A DNA stretch of 64,000 bases from Candidatus Omnitrophota bacterium (GTDB taxonomy: Bacteria; Omnitrophota; Gorgyraeia; Zapsychrales; JANLHA01), in NCBI GenBank assembly GCA_029560465.1, contig JAKQKX010000045.1, positions 216,260 to 280,259 of the forward strand. Direction: 5' to 3'. The notes below the pieces were generated by a model, which did no database searches, was not told where the DNA came from, and saw only the letters and a program-made list of their open reading frames with translations. Positions 20,366 to 30,304 of this stretch are shown piece after piece. The first letter of the stretch is position 1; the number at the start of each line of letters is the position of its first letter. The position numbers and the translations under genes are program-made.

Positions 20366-21157
20366 CTAACTGCAAAGCCCGCGTTTGGTTGTCTTGACGA
20401 AAAAGATTAGGTGTTCTAATTCCGGGGAGGCCGGGAGCTCTTTCTCAATGCATTCAATCGCGTGGGTCTTTGTCAGCCCGGAATGAAACAGATATTTAAA
20501 AGCCTTTTTTAAGACCGGCACCACGGCCGTGGAAATGTTCGCCCGCCGCAGCCCCACGAGGTTCAGGCTAAACACCCGAGCTGGATGGCCGTCACACATA
20601 GAAAAAGGCGGAATATCCTGAACGACCTTGGAGCACCCGCCGATGATAGCAAGACGCCCCAAGCGGACAAACTGGTGAACCGCGCTTAGCCCACCCACCA
20701 TAACGTTATCTTCCAGGGTCACATGCCCGGCCAGGGTTCCGGCGTTGGCCATCACGCAATTATTGCCTATTATGCAGTCATGCGCCACGTGGGAGTAAGC
20801 CATAAAAAGGTTGTTATTCCCGATGACCGTCTTCCCTCCCCCTTCAATCGTGCCGGGATTAATGGTCACGTACTCCCGGATGACATTCCCCTGGCCCAAG
20901 ACGAGATACACCTCATCGGTCTCCTTGAATTTTTTATCCTGAGGCGGGTTCCCCACCACCGCTCCGGAATAAATCCGGCAACGCGGCCCGATGGTTGTCC
21001 GGCCGGCCAGGATACAATGCGATTCTATCACCGAACCCTCGCCCACAGACACCTGCGGGCCGATAACCGCGTACGGCCCGACAGAAACATCGTCCCCGAT
21101 GTTGGCATCAGGATGGATGACCGCCGTTTTATGTATTTTTGTATGGTCCATTGTCAT
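20366..21157 (-). CDS. lpxA: UDP-N-acetylglucosamine O-acyltransferase
   Basis: Left-handed beta-helix hexapeptide repeats throughout. 263 aa. Lies in the lpx cluster. Confidence 0.9.
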   Translation of the reverse strand: MTMDHTKIHKTAVIHPDANIGDDVSVGPYAVIGPQVSVGEGSVIESHCILAGRTTIGPRCRIYSGAVVGNPPQDKKFKETDEVYLVLGQGNVIREYVTINPGTIEGGGKTVIGNNNLFMAYSHVAHDCIIGNNCVMANAGTLAGHVTLEDNVMVGGLSAVHQFVRLGRLAIIGGCSKVVQDIPPFSMCDGHPARVFSLNLVGLRRANISTAVVPVLKKAFKYLFHSGLTKTHAIECIEKELPASPELEHLIFFVKTTKRGLCS

Positions 21158-21174
21158 ATATACCTGTTATAAAT

Positions 21175-22536
21175 TTAAAAAGCCCCTTCATTTAGAAACT
21201 TGGCGTCCAGGAAAGAAAAAACCATCTCCGCTTCCGCGGCTACTTCGCTGCCGACCTTCGAAATCCCCTTCAACACCGCCGTGCGGGAACGATCCCGGAT
21301 CACCTCCACTTCCATCCGCAACTGGTCCCCGGGATTAACGAGCTTACGGAATTTGACCTTATCCGTAGCCATAAACAGCGCCACCTTCCCGCTGTGCGCC
21401 TTATTCGTCATCATCAAAATCCCGCCCACCTGAGCCATGGCTTCGATCATCAACACGCCGGGCATCAAAGGCCTGGTCGGGAAATGCCCAGAGAAAAAAT
21501 TGTCGTTAATCGTCACATTTTTTAACCCAACCGCCCTCTTTCCTGTTTCCAGTTCGATAATACGATCCACCAACAGGAAAGGATACCGGTGCGGCAGGAT
21601 ATTCATGATCGCCCGGATGTCCAGCTCGGCCGTGGCATCCGCCGCATAAAGCGAAAGGTCTGCCGGAGGCGACGCCAACCGTCCATACTGCCGGTGGATT
21701 TTCTTCAGCAGCTCTATATTCAGTGTGTGCCCGCTGCGCATGGCAAAAACATGGCCTTTAATCGGCTTCCCAAGCAAATACAAATCGCCGATCAAGTCCA
21801 GCACTTTATGCCGGGCAAATTCATCCGGGAATCGCATCGTGTTCTGAATCACGCCCCGCTCTCCCACGACAAGAGTGTTATCGTAATTGGCGCCCTTGCC
21901 CAGCCCGCTCGCCTGCAATTCGGAAGCTTCTTCCTCAAGGCAAAACGTCCGTGACGGCGCGATATCCCTTTCAAACGTTTCCGGGTTAACAACACTGCTG
22001 AAAAACTGAGCCTTCAATAACGGATGATCATAATTCAACGCATAAGACACTTTCATTTCATCAGCCGGAACAATCAGGATGGAGGCGGCCTTGTTGTAAA
22101 CACTCACCGGCTCCCGGATCTCGATATAGTCCCGCGGGGCCTCCTGCTCCAGGACGCCAACCGCCCGGATCTCTTCCAGGAAACTTTTCCCGCTCCCGTC
22201 AAGCCCGGGGAGTTCGTTATTGTCGATCTCGATCATCAAATTATCAATCCCGTAACCGAACAGCGTGGCCATAAAATGCTCGACAGTATGGATAACAACA
22301 TCATTTTCCCGCAAAGACGTGCACCGCGGGACGGTGTTGTCAATCGAAACATTCTCCAGGGCCGGGGCCAAGGCCGGCTGCCCCGGCAGGTCCACGCGTT
22401 TGAACATGATGCCGGCACGAGCTTCCGCCGGCTTGAGGCACACCGTAACCGGATTCCCGGTATGAAGTCCCCTCCCTTTAAGAATGATCTCTTTCTTGAT
22501 GGTCTTTTGTTTAGGCATCATCTTGGAATCTTTCAT
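21175..22536 (-). CDS. lpxC/fabZ: Bifunctional LpxC deacetylase / FabZ dehydratase fusion
   Basis: The N-terminal ~300 aa carry LpxC motifs (HTVEH, zinc ligands). The C-terminal ~150 aa form a FabZ hot-dog domain (LPHRYPFLLVDRI...GHFP..P.MPGVL). Confidence 0.9.
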   Translation of the reverse strand: MKDSKMMPKQKTIKKEIILKGRGLHTGNPVTVCLKPAEARAGIMFKRVDLPGQPALAPALENVSIDNTVPRCTSLRENDVVIHTVEHFMATLFGYGIDNLMIEIDNNELPGLDGSGKSFLEEIRAVGVLEQEAPRDYIEIREPVSVYNKAASILIVPADEMKVSYALNYDHPLLKAQFFSSVVNPETFERDIAPSRTFCLEEEASELQASGLGKGANYDNTLVVGERGVIQNTMRFPDEFARHKVLDLIGDLYLLGKPIKGHVFAMRSGHTLNIELLKKIHRQYGRLASPPADLSLYAADATAELDIRAIMNILPHRYPFLLVDRIIELETGKRAVGLKNVTINDNFFSGHFPTRPLMPGVLMIEAMAQVGGILMMTNKAHSGKVALFMATDKVKFRKLVNPGDQLRMEVEVIRDRSRTAVLKGISKVGSEVAAEAEMVFSFLDAKFLNEGAF

Positions 22537-23590
22537 TATTTTTAAATTGTTGCGATAACCGATTCAACTGTGTCTGCAAGGCGTCAACCTGTTTTTGGAG
22601 TTCGCTGATTTTTTTAATGTAAACCGGTAAACGCTGGACACACGCATTAATCCTCTTCGCGGTTTGATGGGGCTTGGCCGGATATCCCGAAACCATCGTG
22701 TGGGGAGGGATCGAGCTCACCACGCCGGCTTGCGCGGCCACAACAGCCCCTTCTCCAACCGTCAAATGACCGGCCAAACCAGCCTGCCCCGCCAGGATAA
22801 CCCGGTCCTCAATAATATCGCTTCCGGATATCCCAACCTGGGCGACAATAAGACAATGTTCCCCGATTCGGACATTATGGGCTATCTGAACCAGGTTATC
22901 AATTTTGGTGCCCGCCCCGATCACCGTTTTATCAAACCGGGCCCGGTCAATCGTGACATTGGCCCCGATTTCAACGTCGTCACACACGTCCACAGTTCCG
23001 ACCTGCGGAATTTTTTCATGACGGCCGTCAATATTGACAAATCCAAATCCGTCAGACCCGATCACGGTCCCGCAATGAACAATCACGCGGTTCCCGATCG
23101 TGACCCGCTCCCGGACGGACACGTTCGGGTAAAACAGGCTGTCCTGCCCGACGGACACGCGGTAGCCGATAAAGCAATGGCTCCCGATAATTGTCCGGTC
23201 CCCGATACGCGCCTCCCGTTCAATAACGGTATAAGGCCCGACACTGATATCTTTTCCTAATACGGCACCCGGCCCGATGATCGCCGTAGGATGGATGCCG
23301 GGGGCAGGCGGAGGCGGCTCCTCCATAAAAAGCGGCACAACCTTGGCAAAAGACAACGAAGGGTTCCCCGTCTGAATAAGAGTTTGGCCTTCCGCGGTAA
23401 AATCTTCCGGGCAGATGATCGCCGAAGCCTTTGTCTTTTCTACAAGAGGGAAATATTTAGAATTCGCGACAAACGTAATGTCTCCGGGCTGCGCTTCCTT
23501 AATTCCCGAAAGGCTTTTAATCTCAACATTGCCGTCCCCCACCACTTTACCGTGTATGTGCTTTGCTATTTCTTTGACTGTTCTGCTCAT
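22511..23590 (-). CDS. lpxD: UDP-3-O-acylglucosamine N-acyltransferase
   Basis: N-terminal LpxD domain followed by an LbH trimerisation helix. Has a C-terminal coiled-coil tail of about 30 aa. Confidence 0.9.
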   Translation of the reverse strand: MSRTVKEIAKHIHGKVVGDGNVEIKSLSGIKEAQPGDITFVANSKYFPLVEKTKASAIICPEDFTAEGQTLIQTGNPSLSFAKVVPLFMEEPPPPAPGIHPTAIIGPGAVLGKDISVGPYTVIEREARIGDRTIIGSHCFIGYRVSVGQDSLFYPNVSVRERVTIGNRVIVHCGTVIGSDGFGFVNIDGRHEKIPQVGTVDVCDDVEIGANVTIDRARFDKTVIGAGTKIDNLVQIAHNVRIGEHCLIVAQVGISGSDIIEDRVILAGQAGLAGHLTVGEGAVVAAQAGVVSSIPPHTMVSGYPAKPHQTAKRINACVQRLPVYIKKISELQKQVDALQTQLNRLSQQFKNNERFQDDA

Positions 23591-23637
23591 GGACTCCCTT
23601 CACACCGCTTTCGTGGACAGCCATCCGACGAAGGACT

Positions 23638-24156
23638 CTACTCCTTCACTTTATAAGCTTCGTTTAAAATGGTGAGGACCTTATCCGTAATGTCCAGCGT
23701 TTCATTCCCGTAAATCAGGACCCGGTCATTCAAAATAAGGTCATATTTTTCCTTTTTAGCGAAATCACTGACTGTTTTCTCAATCTCCAAAAGAATCTCA
23801 CGGATTTTCTCATCCCTCTGTTTAGCCAGATCCGTTCGCTGGGCCTGGTCAAACTCCATCAGGGCCTTTTTCATCGTATCAATCTCCGCCTGCAGGTTCT
23901 CTTTTTCTTCCGCTTTCATCAATGCCAGCTTGCCGGTGGCCTCCTGAATTTTCGTCAGCTTATCTTCCCGCGCCGTTTCATAAGCCTTATGATTTTTCTC
24001 GAGGACAGTATCATATTCTTTCGTCTTCTCGTAACTGTCAAACAGCTTGCTTAAATCAATGAACGCGACTTTTTTCTCGATGACCTGCGCTTGGACCGGC
24101 ATGCTGAACAATAACGCACAGGCTAAAGCGCAAATGACGGACTGAAATTTCTTCAT
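23638..24156 (-). CDS. skp: Periplasmic chaperone Skp (OmpH)
   Basis: Signal peptide, a long coiled-coil-rich protein of about 170 aa, and a position between bamA and lpxD. Confidence 0.8.
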   Translation of the reverse strand: MKKFQSVICALACALLFSMPVQAQVIEKKVAFIDLSKLFDSYEKTKEYDTVLEKNHKAYETAREDKLTKIQEATGKLALMKAEEKENLQAEIDTMKKALMEFDQAQRTDLAKQRDEKIREILLEIEKTVSDFAKKEKYDLILNDRVLIYGNETLDITDKVLTILNEAYKVKE

Positions 24157-24239
24157 TTTTTCCTCCTTTGAATTCCCTGGTTCGTGTCAATTATGACAAC
24201 GGGCAACCAGATGCGAATGGTTAATCCGCGTCGTTATCG

Positions 24240-26651
24240 TTAAAAACCCCTGCTCACGCTAAAATAAAATTTACCCGAACGCTCTTCCTCCCCAGCTTCA
24301 GAATTCAGGGGATAGCCGTAATCTAGGTTGATCGGCCCGACCGGTGTTTTAACCCTTAAGCCCATGCCCGCCCCGGACTTAAACCCTCCGGAAGCGAAAT
24401 CCTTCACCTTGGGCCAAACATTTCCGATATCATAAAAAACCGCCAGCTTCAGGAAATCGACCAAGGGGAACAGGTATTCAATGTTACCGACCAGCATGGT
24501 TTTCCCCCCGATAGGGTCATCGGTGACAGCGTCGATAGGCCCGACCTTGCGCTCATTATATCCGCGGATGGTGCGGGAGCCTCCCGCGTAAAACCTTTCA
24601 AAGATTGGCACGCCCCCGGAATCACCGTACGACTCGACCATTCCCGCGCGGAGCCGCCACTCGACCACCGAATTAAATTTTAAAGGGGTATAATAACTCG
24701 CCCGGCTCGTGAAACGGTAAAAATCCTTGGTTCCCCCCAAGATCCCGCCGGCCACATCCGCGGCCTGGCTGAGGTAAAGCCCCCGGGTCGGGCTAAACAC
24801 ATTGTCCCGTTTATCTCTGGCCACAACGACGCCAATGCTGCTAACGGTATTCTCGCCCTCTTCCTTGAGGAGATCGCTGGAAACGCCGTCAGCGAAATTG
24901 TCAATGGTGATCTTTTCCCTCTTATAACTGATGTTCCCGGACGTGTATTCCGTAAACTGCTTGCCAAACCGGACATCCCCCCCGACCCGCTTCTCGTCGA
25001 AAGCGTACCCCACGTCGCTCTCCCGGTCGCGTTCCGTCCGATAAACGTCAAATCCCGCAGAGATAGGGTGATCAAACAGCCAGGGTTCTGTAAAACTGAG
25101 CTGGGTGTTGTTGCGCGTGGACCCGGTTTCCGCCCTTAAAGAGAGGTTTTGTCCTCCGCCGGTGAATGTCGGCCAGTTCGTGAAATCAAAATTCTTCTGC
25201 TCCAGTTCGACGAAGCCGATAAACTGATCCACCGTGCTATAGCCGCCCCCGAAACTTAAAGACCCCGTTTTAGCCTCCTTCACCTGGACGAGAAGATCCT
25301 TCTGGTCCGGCACGGGGGTGTCCGTGATGTCGTAATTAACCTCTTCAAAATACCCCAAATTCGTTAACCGCTGCTTGCTGCGGCGGAGTTTCGCCCCGTC
25401 GAATCTTTCGCCAGGCAAAAGGCGGAGTTCCCGGCGGATGACAATATCCCTGGTCCGCTCATTCCCTTCGATCTTGATTTCATTGACGTACGCCAGGGAC
25501 CCCTCCGTCACATCCATCCGGATCGCGACTTTTCCAGAAACCGGGTTTAGAGACGAGGACTCCTTCACGTTGGCAAAAATGTACCCCTCATCAAAATATT
25601 TAACCCGGATATCAGACAAATCATTCGACAAGCGCTCCCGGCTGAAGATGCCACCGTCGTGAATCTCTGTCATCGCCGCCAGGAGTTCTTCATCCGTAAA
25701 CAGCGTATTCCCGGTAAAAATAATGTCTTCAACAAAATACTGCTTCCCCTCCTCGACATTAATCCTCACCGCCACCCGGGAGTCATCAATCTTGACAAGA
25801 TCAAAACGGGAGGTCGCGTCAATATACCCTTCTTTTTCATAAAAGGCCTTGATGCGCTCCAGATCCTCTTCCAAAACGTCCTCTTTTAAATACCCGGAAT
25901 TAAAAAGCCAGGCCCGGCGGGACTTAATGATCTTAAGGATCCTTTTATCGGGGACATAATAATTGCCTTGCACCAGTATATTCTTAACCTTCACCCGCGA
26001 TCCTTCCTTGATAATCATATGCAAGGTGGCCTTGTTCGTCATGTCATCCAGTTTGGTCTCCGTGCTGACCTCGACCTGTGTCAGGCCTTTCTTTATATAT
26101 AATTCTTCAATCGTACGGATGTCATCATTCAGGGTTTTGCGGTCCAAAAACTCGCCTTTCTGGGTACGCATTTTCTTTAACAGGGCCTTAGGCCGGATAT
26201 ATTTCAACCGCGAGAAAGTAATCTTGTCAATGATCGGCTTCTCCTGGACGGAAAAGGTCACTTTAAATCCGCCCTGATATTCCTCGCGGTCTACGCTCAC
26301 ATCGGAAAAATAACCGGTGTTATACAGCCGTTTCAGGTCATCGCTGATAACGTGCTGGCTATACTCCTGATCCACCCGGGATTTAATTTTAAACAAAATC
26401 GCCGAGGTTGTGATTGTTTTGTTCCCCTTGACCTCAATTCCCTTAATAAGTTTCTTGTCACTCTGGAAAAAAGATGACGGGGCCGGGGCAAGGGTGGACT
26501 CCGGGGATTCCTTCAAAACCTCAACAGTTTCATCGGCAAAGGATTGCGTTCCGGGGATGTAACTAGGGCATAAAAGGAAGATAAATAAAAGTACTACTAA
26601 ATATATTCTATACATGCACTTGATTATAGGAGCTAAGCTGGGGCATGTCAA
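24240..26651 (-). CDS. bamA: Outer membrane protein assembly factor BamA (Omp85)
   Basis: 803 aa with a signal peptide, repeated POTRA-like modules and a C-terminal beta-barrel ending in an aromatic residue (GF). Confidence 0.9.
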   Translation of the reverse strand: MTCPSLAPIIKCMYRIYLVVLLFIFLLCPSYIPGTQSFADETVEVLKESPESTLAPAPSSFFQSDKKLIKGIEVKGNKTITTSAILFKIKSRVDQEYSQHVISDDLKRLYNTGYFSDVSVDREEYQGGFKVTFSVQEKPIIDKITFSRLKYIRPKALLKKMRTQKGEFLDRKTLNDDIRTIEELYIKKGLTQVEVSTETKLDDMTNKATLHMIIKEGSRVKVKNILVQGNYYVPDKRILKIIKSRRAWLFNSGYLKEDVLEEDLERIKAFYEKEGYIDATSRFDLVKIDDSRVAVRINVEEGKQYFVEDIIFTGNTLFTDEELLAAMTEIHDGGIFSRERLSNDLSDIRVKYFDEGYIFANVKESSSLNPVSGKVAIRMDVTEGSLAYVNEIKIEGNERTRDIVIRRELRLLPGERFDGAKLRRSKQRLTNLGYFEEVNYDITDTPVPDQKDLLVQVKEAKTGSLSFGGGYSTVDQFIGFVELEQKNFDFTNWPTFTGGGQNLSLRAETGSTRNNTQLSFTEPWLFDHPISAGFDVYRTERDRESDVGYAFDEKRVGGDVRFGKQFTEYTSGNISYKREKITIDNFADGVSSDLLKEEGENTVSSIGVVVARDKRDNVFSPTRGLYLSQAADVAGGILGGTKDFYRFTSRASYYTPLKFNSVVEWRLRAGMVESYGDSGGVPIFERFYAGGSRTIRGYNERKVGPIDAVTDDPIGGKTMLVGNIEYLFPLVDFLKLAVFYDIGNVWPKVKDFASGGFKSGAGMGLRVKTPVGPINLDYGYPLNSEAGEEERSGKFYFSVSRGF

Positions 26652-27979
26652 TCAACATATGCAAGATTTTCGAACCTCATGTATTCTTTTATAAAAGAAA
26701 GCTTGATCGTGCCGACCGGCCCGTTTCGTTGTTTGGCAATAATAATTTCAGCCACCCCTTTATTCTCCTCTGTCGGGTTATAATATTCTTCTCGCATCAA
26801 GAGGCACACCAGGTCGGCATCCTGCTCAATAGCTCCGGATTCCCGCAGGTCAGACAACTGGGGCCGGTGGTCCTGGCGGCTCTCCACGGCCCTGGATAGC
26901 TGGCTCAGGGCGATAATCGGCACCCCCAGCTCCCTGGCCAAGGCCTTAATAGAACGGGAGATCTCTGAAATTTCCTGCTGGCGGCTCTCCGTTTTAACAA
27001 CCCCCCGCATAAGCTGGAGATAGTCCACAATGATCAGCTGAATATCATGATGGGACTTCAGCCTCCGCGCTTTGGCCCGCAGCTCCAGCGCGGAGATGGC
27101 CGGCGTGTCATCAATAAAAATTTTTGATGCCGAAAGCTTGCCGGCTGCCGATGTCAATTTCGGCCAGTCGGAAGGCGAGAGGAACCCAGAACGGACTTTG
27201 TGTGCATCCACCCTGGCCAAAGAACAAAGCATCCTTTGCACGAGCTGTTCTTTTGACATTTCCAGGCTGAAGAACGCCACCCCCTTTTTCTGCTCAACAC
27301 CAACAACCTCCATAATCGTCGCGGCAAAAGCGCTTTTCCCCATAGACGGGCGTCCGGCCACCACAATCAGGTCCGCCGGCTGCAACCCCGATGTCATGCG
27401 GTCAAACTCCACAAACCCGGCCGGCAATCCCGTAACATGCTCTTTACGCTGATAAAGGCTATCAATTTTTTCAATGCTCGCCTTCACGAGTTCTTTGATA
27501 TGGACGGACTGCTGCCGGTGCTTAAGGTCGGAAATCTCGAAAACCAGCCGCTCAGCCGTGTCTACGATTTCCGCGACATTCCCCTTGGCCTCATAACTTA
27601 TATTCACGATCTGCGTCGCGTTCTTGATCAGCTTGCGCAGGATCCCCTTTTCTTTAACAATCTGCGCGTAATGCTCAATATGGGCGGCCGTTGGGACAAG
27701 ATCAATCAGCATCGAAAGGTACGGGATTCCGCCCACGACGTCAATGGTCCCGTCGTTTTTCAACTTATCGGACAGCGTCACAAGATCAACATTCTTGCGG
27801 TTATTATAGAGGTCAAGGATGGCAGAATAAATCTGGCTATGGGAATTCTCGTAAAACCAGGACACATCAAGAATTTCCAAAGCGGTCCCGATCGCTTCGT
27901 CATCGATCATCATCGCGCCCAAAACCGAGCGCTCCGCCTCAATATTCTGAGGGGGGATCATTATTTCTTGGCTACCCAT
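26648..27979 (-). CDS. dnaB: Replicative DNA helicase
   Basis: DnaB N-terminal domain, then a RecA-like Walker A (AGRPSMGKSAFA) and the SRQ arginine-finger region. Confidence 0.95.
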   Translation of the reverse strand: MGSQEIMIPPQNIEAERSVLGAMMIDDEAIGTALEILDVSWFYENSHSQIYSAILDLYNNRKNVDLVTLSDKLKNDGTIDVVGGIPYLSMLIDLVPTAAHIEHYAQIVKEKGILRKLIKNATQIVNISYEAKGNVAEIVDTAERLVFEISDLKHRQQSVHIKELVKASIEKIDSLYQRKEHVTGLPAGFVEFDRMTSGLQPADLIVVAGRPSMGKSAFAATIMEVVGVEQKKGVAFFSLEMSKEQLVQRMLCSLARVDAHKVRSGFLSPSDWPKLTSAAGKLSASKIFIDDTPAISALELRAKARRLKSHHDIQLIIVDYLQLMRGVVKTESRQQEISEISRSIKALARELGVPIIALSQLSRAVESRQDHRPQLSDLRESGAIEQDADLVCLLMREEYYNPTEENKGVAEIIIAKQRNGPVGTIKLSFIKEYMRFENLAYVD

Positions 27980-28404
27980 ACGCGTATCTTCGCGATCACC
28001 TGCGGGTGCAATTTCACGCCGACTTCAAAAATACCAAGATCTTCAATAGGGCTGTCGATAAGAACAGTTTTTTTGTCGATATTAAACCCTTCGACTTCCA
28101 AGGCGCGGACAATATCCACTTCCGTGACCGAACCATAAAGCTTGTCCAGGTCATTGACCTCCACGGTCACGGTGCAGGACACTTTACCAAGTTTCTCCGC
28201 CATGTCCTGGGCTTCCCGCAGGGCACGCTCATTTTCAGCGACCTCTTTCGCGCGTTGTTTCTCTATTCTTTTCAAATTCCCGGGAGTGGCCACATACGCC
28301 TTCTTTTGCGGGATCAAAAAATTACGGGCATAACCGTCCTTGACTTTAACGACATCCCCGACCTGCCCGAGCTTATGCACATTTTGACATAAAATAACTT
28401 CCAT
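27961..28404 (-). CDS. rplI: 50S ribosomal protein L9
   Basis: MEVIL...GDVVKVKDGYARNFLIP signature. Confidence 0.9.
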   Translation of the reverse strand: MEVILCQNVHKLGQVGDVVKVKDGYARNFLIPQKKAYVATPGNLKRIEKQRAKEVAENERALREAQDMAEKLGKVSCTVTVEVNDLDKLYGSVTEVDIVRALEVEGFNIDKKTVLIDSPIEDLGIFEVGVKLHPQVIAKIRVWVAKK

Positions 28405-28469
28405 AGATCATCCCTCTCTTCGTTTTGACTGACTCAACCTGCCTGCCCCCTTACCCCCGGTGAATCATC

Positions 28470-28724
28470 TCATCGTTTTTTTGAACTGCCGACCGAAAGC
28501 AACCCCAGATACCGGGCCCGCTTGATCGAAGTGGTCAAATCACGCTGTTCTTTCCCGGTAATTCCTGTGATGCGCCTCGACAGCAATTTGCCTCTGTCGG
28601 TCAAGAATCTCTGCAACAACGGTATATTCTTGTAATCAATCTTAATGTCCTTCGGCAGGACATATTTAGACGTCCTCTTCTTGACAACCCTCTTAGGTCC
28701 CATCCTCATCATTCTTCGCTTCAA
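28470..28724 (-). CDS. rpsR: 30S ribosomal protein S18
   Basis: [25 protein letters not shown] signature. Confidence 0.9.
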   Translation of the reverse strand: MKRRMMRMGPKRVVKKRTSKYVLPKDIKIDYKNIPLLQRFLTDRGKLLSRRITGITGKEQRDLTTSIKRARYLGLLSVGSSKKR

Positions 28725-28823
28725 TTTTAACCTCCCTTAATAACCTGCTGTTTTCTTTCTTCATCCCCATCACACGCGCCAGCCACGATCAAACCTGGCC
28801 GCGCCCCCCCATCGGCCCAATGC

Positions 28824-29282
28824 CTATTCGTCCCAAGCGACATCTTCCGGGCTGATAACCTCATCAAAGGACGCTGTGGCCGAAGCCGCGAGCCCCTGAA
28901 CTCCACGATCCGATTCCACTAGCCCCTCCCCTTCGACCTTGTTCTCCGGGGAAAATTTCCCTAAAAACTGCACCCGTTCGGCCCTAACGTCAATCGTGCT
29001 GCGCTTTTGCCCGTCGGTTGTTTCCCATGAACGTGACTGCAAAACACCTTCCACAAAAATAGGGCTGCCTTTCTGCAAATACTGACAGCAGGCCTCCGCC
29101 TGCTTATCCCAGACAGTGACGGTTAAGAAACAAACATCTTCTTTCAGTTCTCCTGATTTATCACGGAAACGACGATTCACGGCGACACCCAAGTTGGCCA
29201 CGGCGACGCCTGCAGGGGTATACCTTAATTCCGGATCTCGAGTTAAATTCCCGATTAAGAAGACCTTGTTCAAATTCGCCAT
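28824..29282 (-). CDS. ssb: Single-stranded DNA-binding protein
   Basis: OB fold (NKVFLIGNLTRDPELRYTP). Sits between rpsF and rpsR as in Firmicutes. The tail ends EDVAWDE rather than DDDIPF. Confidence 0.85.
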   Translation of the reverse strand: MANLNKVFLIGNLTRDPELRYTPAGVAVANLGVAVNRRFRDKSGELKEDVCFLTVTVWDKQAEACCQYLQKGSPIFVEGVLQSRSWETTDGQKRSTIDVRAERVQFLGKFSPENKVEGEGLVESDRGVQGLAASATASFDEVISPEDVAWDE

Positions 29283-29359
29283 TTCTCCCTCCTCAACAAT
29301 AAAGTTTTACGTTAAGCTTTTGTAATAATTAATTTGACCCCGGCCCCTTGCCCCTGGCG

Positions 29360-29644
29360 TTAAATCTTAACAATCAGAAAACGCAAAAGATTCTCGTTAA
29401 TCCTTAAGATCTGCCGCAGATTGGTGATCGCAGATTTCGGGCTTTCAAAATTAATCAGGTAATATGTCCCCTCGGGGCGCTTCTTCATCCGGAAAAAAAA
29501 TTTTTGTTTGTCCAGCCATACCTGGCTGTTGATGACCTGTCCCCCGCATTTCACGATCGTATCGCAGACCTCTTTGTTAATCCGCTCTTTCTCTTCCTGC
29601 ACGAGAGTCGCGTCAACAATCCCCACCAATTCGTATTTATCCAT
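29360..29644 (-). CDS. rpsF: 30S ribosomal protein S6
   Basis: MDKYELVGIV...YYLINF signature. Confidence 0.9.
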   Translation of the reverse strand: MDKYELVGIVDATLVQEEKERINKEVCDTIVKCGGQVINSQVWLDKQKFFFRMKKRPEGTYYLINFESPKSAITNLRQILRINENLLRFLIVKI

Positions 29645-30224
29645 TTTCCTTCCTTTTGTTAAATTGACTCATAACCTTCCCTATATCTTCCCTCAACCAC
29701 AATCGACAACATTCGGCCCCTTGATCAACAAAAGCGCCCAGTTGCTCCTGTTCCTTTTTTTCAAATCCGGCCAAAACATAATCCACCGGGTCCTGGCCCG
29801 CCGGCGGAGCGCCCACTCCCATCCTTAACCGGGCGAAAACGTCGGATTTCAGGAGATTGATAACCGACGCCAGGCCGTTATGGCCCCCATCGCTCCCCTG
29901 CGCACGCACCCGGCATTGTCCGAAAGGCAGGGTAAAATCATCGCACACCACGAAAACACCGTCCAAAGGAATCTTATGATACGCGGCCAGGTCACGGACA
30001 GCGATTCCCGAGTGATTCATATATGTCAAAGGTAACAGCAAAAAACACGTGCGTTCCTCAATCGGGCCTTCCGCGACCAACCCACGGCACACACGGCTGA
30101 CTTTTAAACGCATCCCGTGCCCCCGGGCCAAGGCGTCAATCACCATAAACCCGAGATTATGCCTGGTCCGGGCATAAGGCAAGCCAGGGTTTCCCAACCC
30201 CACAATAAGACACTTATCCGTCAA
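29637..30224 (-). CDS. pth: Peptidyl-tRNA hydrolase
   Basis: LIVGLGNPG...TRHNLGF signature. Confidence 0.9.
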   Translation of the reverse strand: MTDKCLIVGLGNPGLPYARTRHNLGFMVIDALARGHGMRLKVSRVCRGLVAEGPIEERTCFLLLPLTYMNHSGIAVRDLAAYHKIPLDGVFVVCDDFTLPFGQCRVRAQGSDGGHNGLASVINLLKSDVFARLRMGVGAPPAGQDPVDYVLAGFEKKEQEQLGAFVDQGAECCRLWLREDIGKVMSQFNKRKENG

Positions 30225-30304
30225 TCCTCACACCCGCGATCAAGCCCGGCACTCCTCTTAAGGTGCGGGCTCCTTGTTGGCAGGACATCCTTTACCCCCA
30301 ACAA

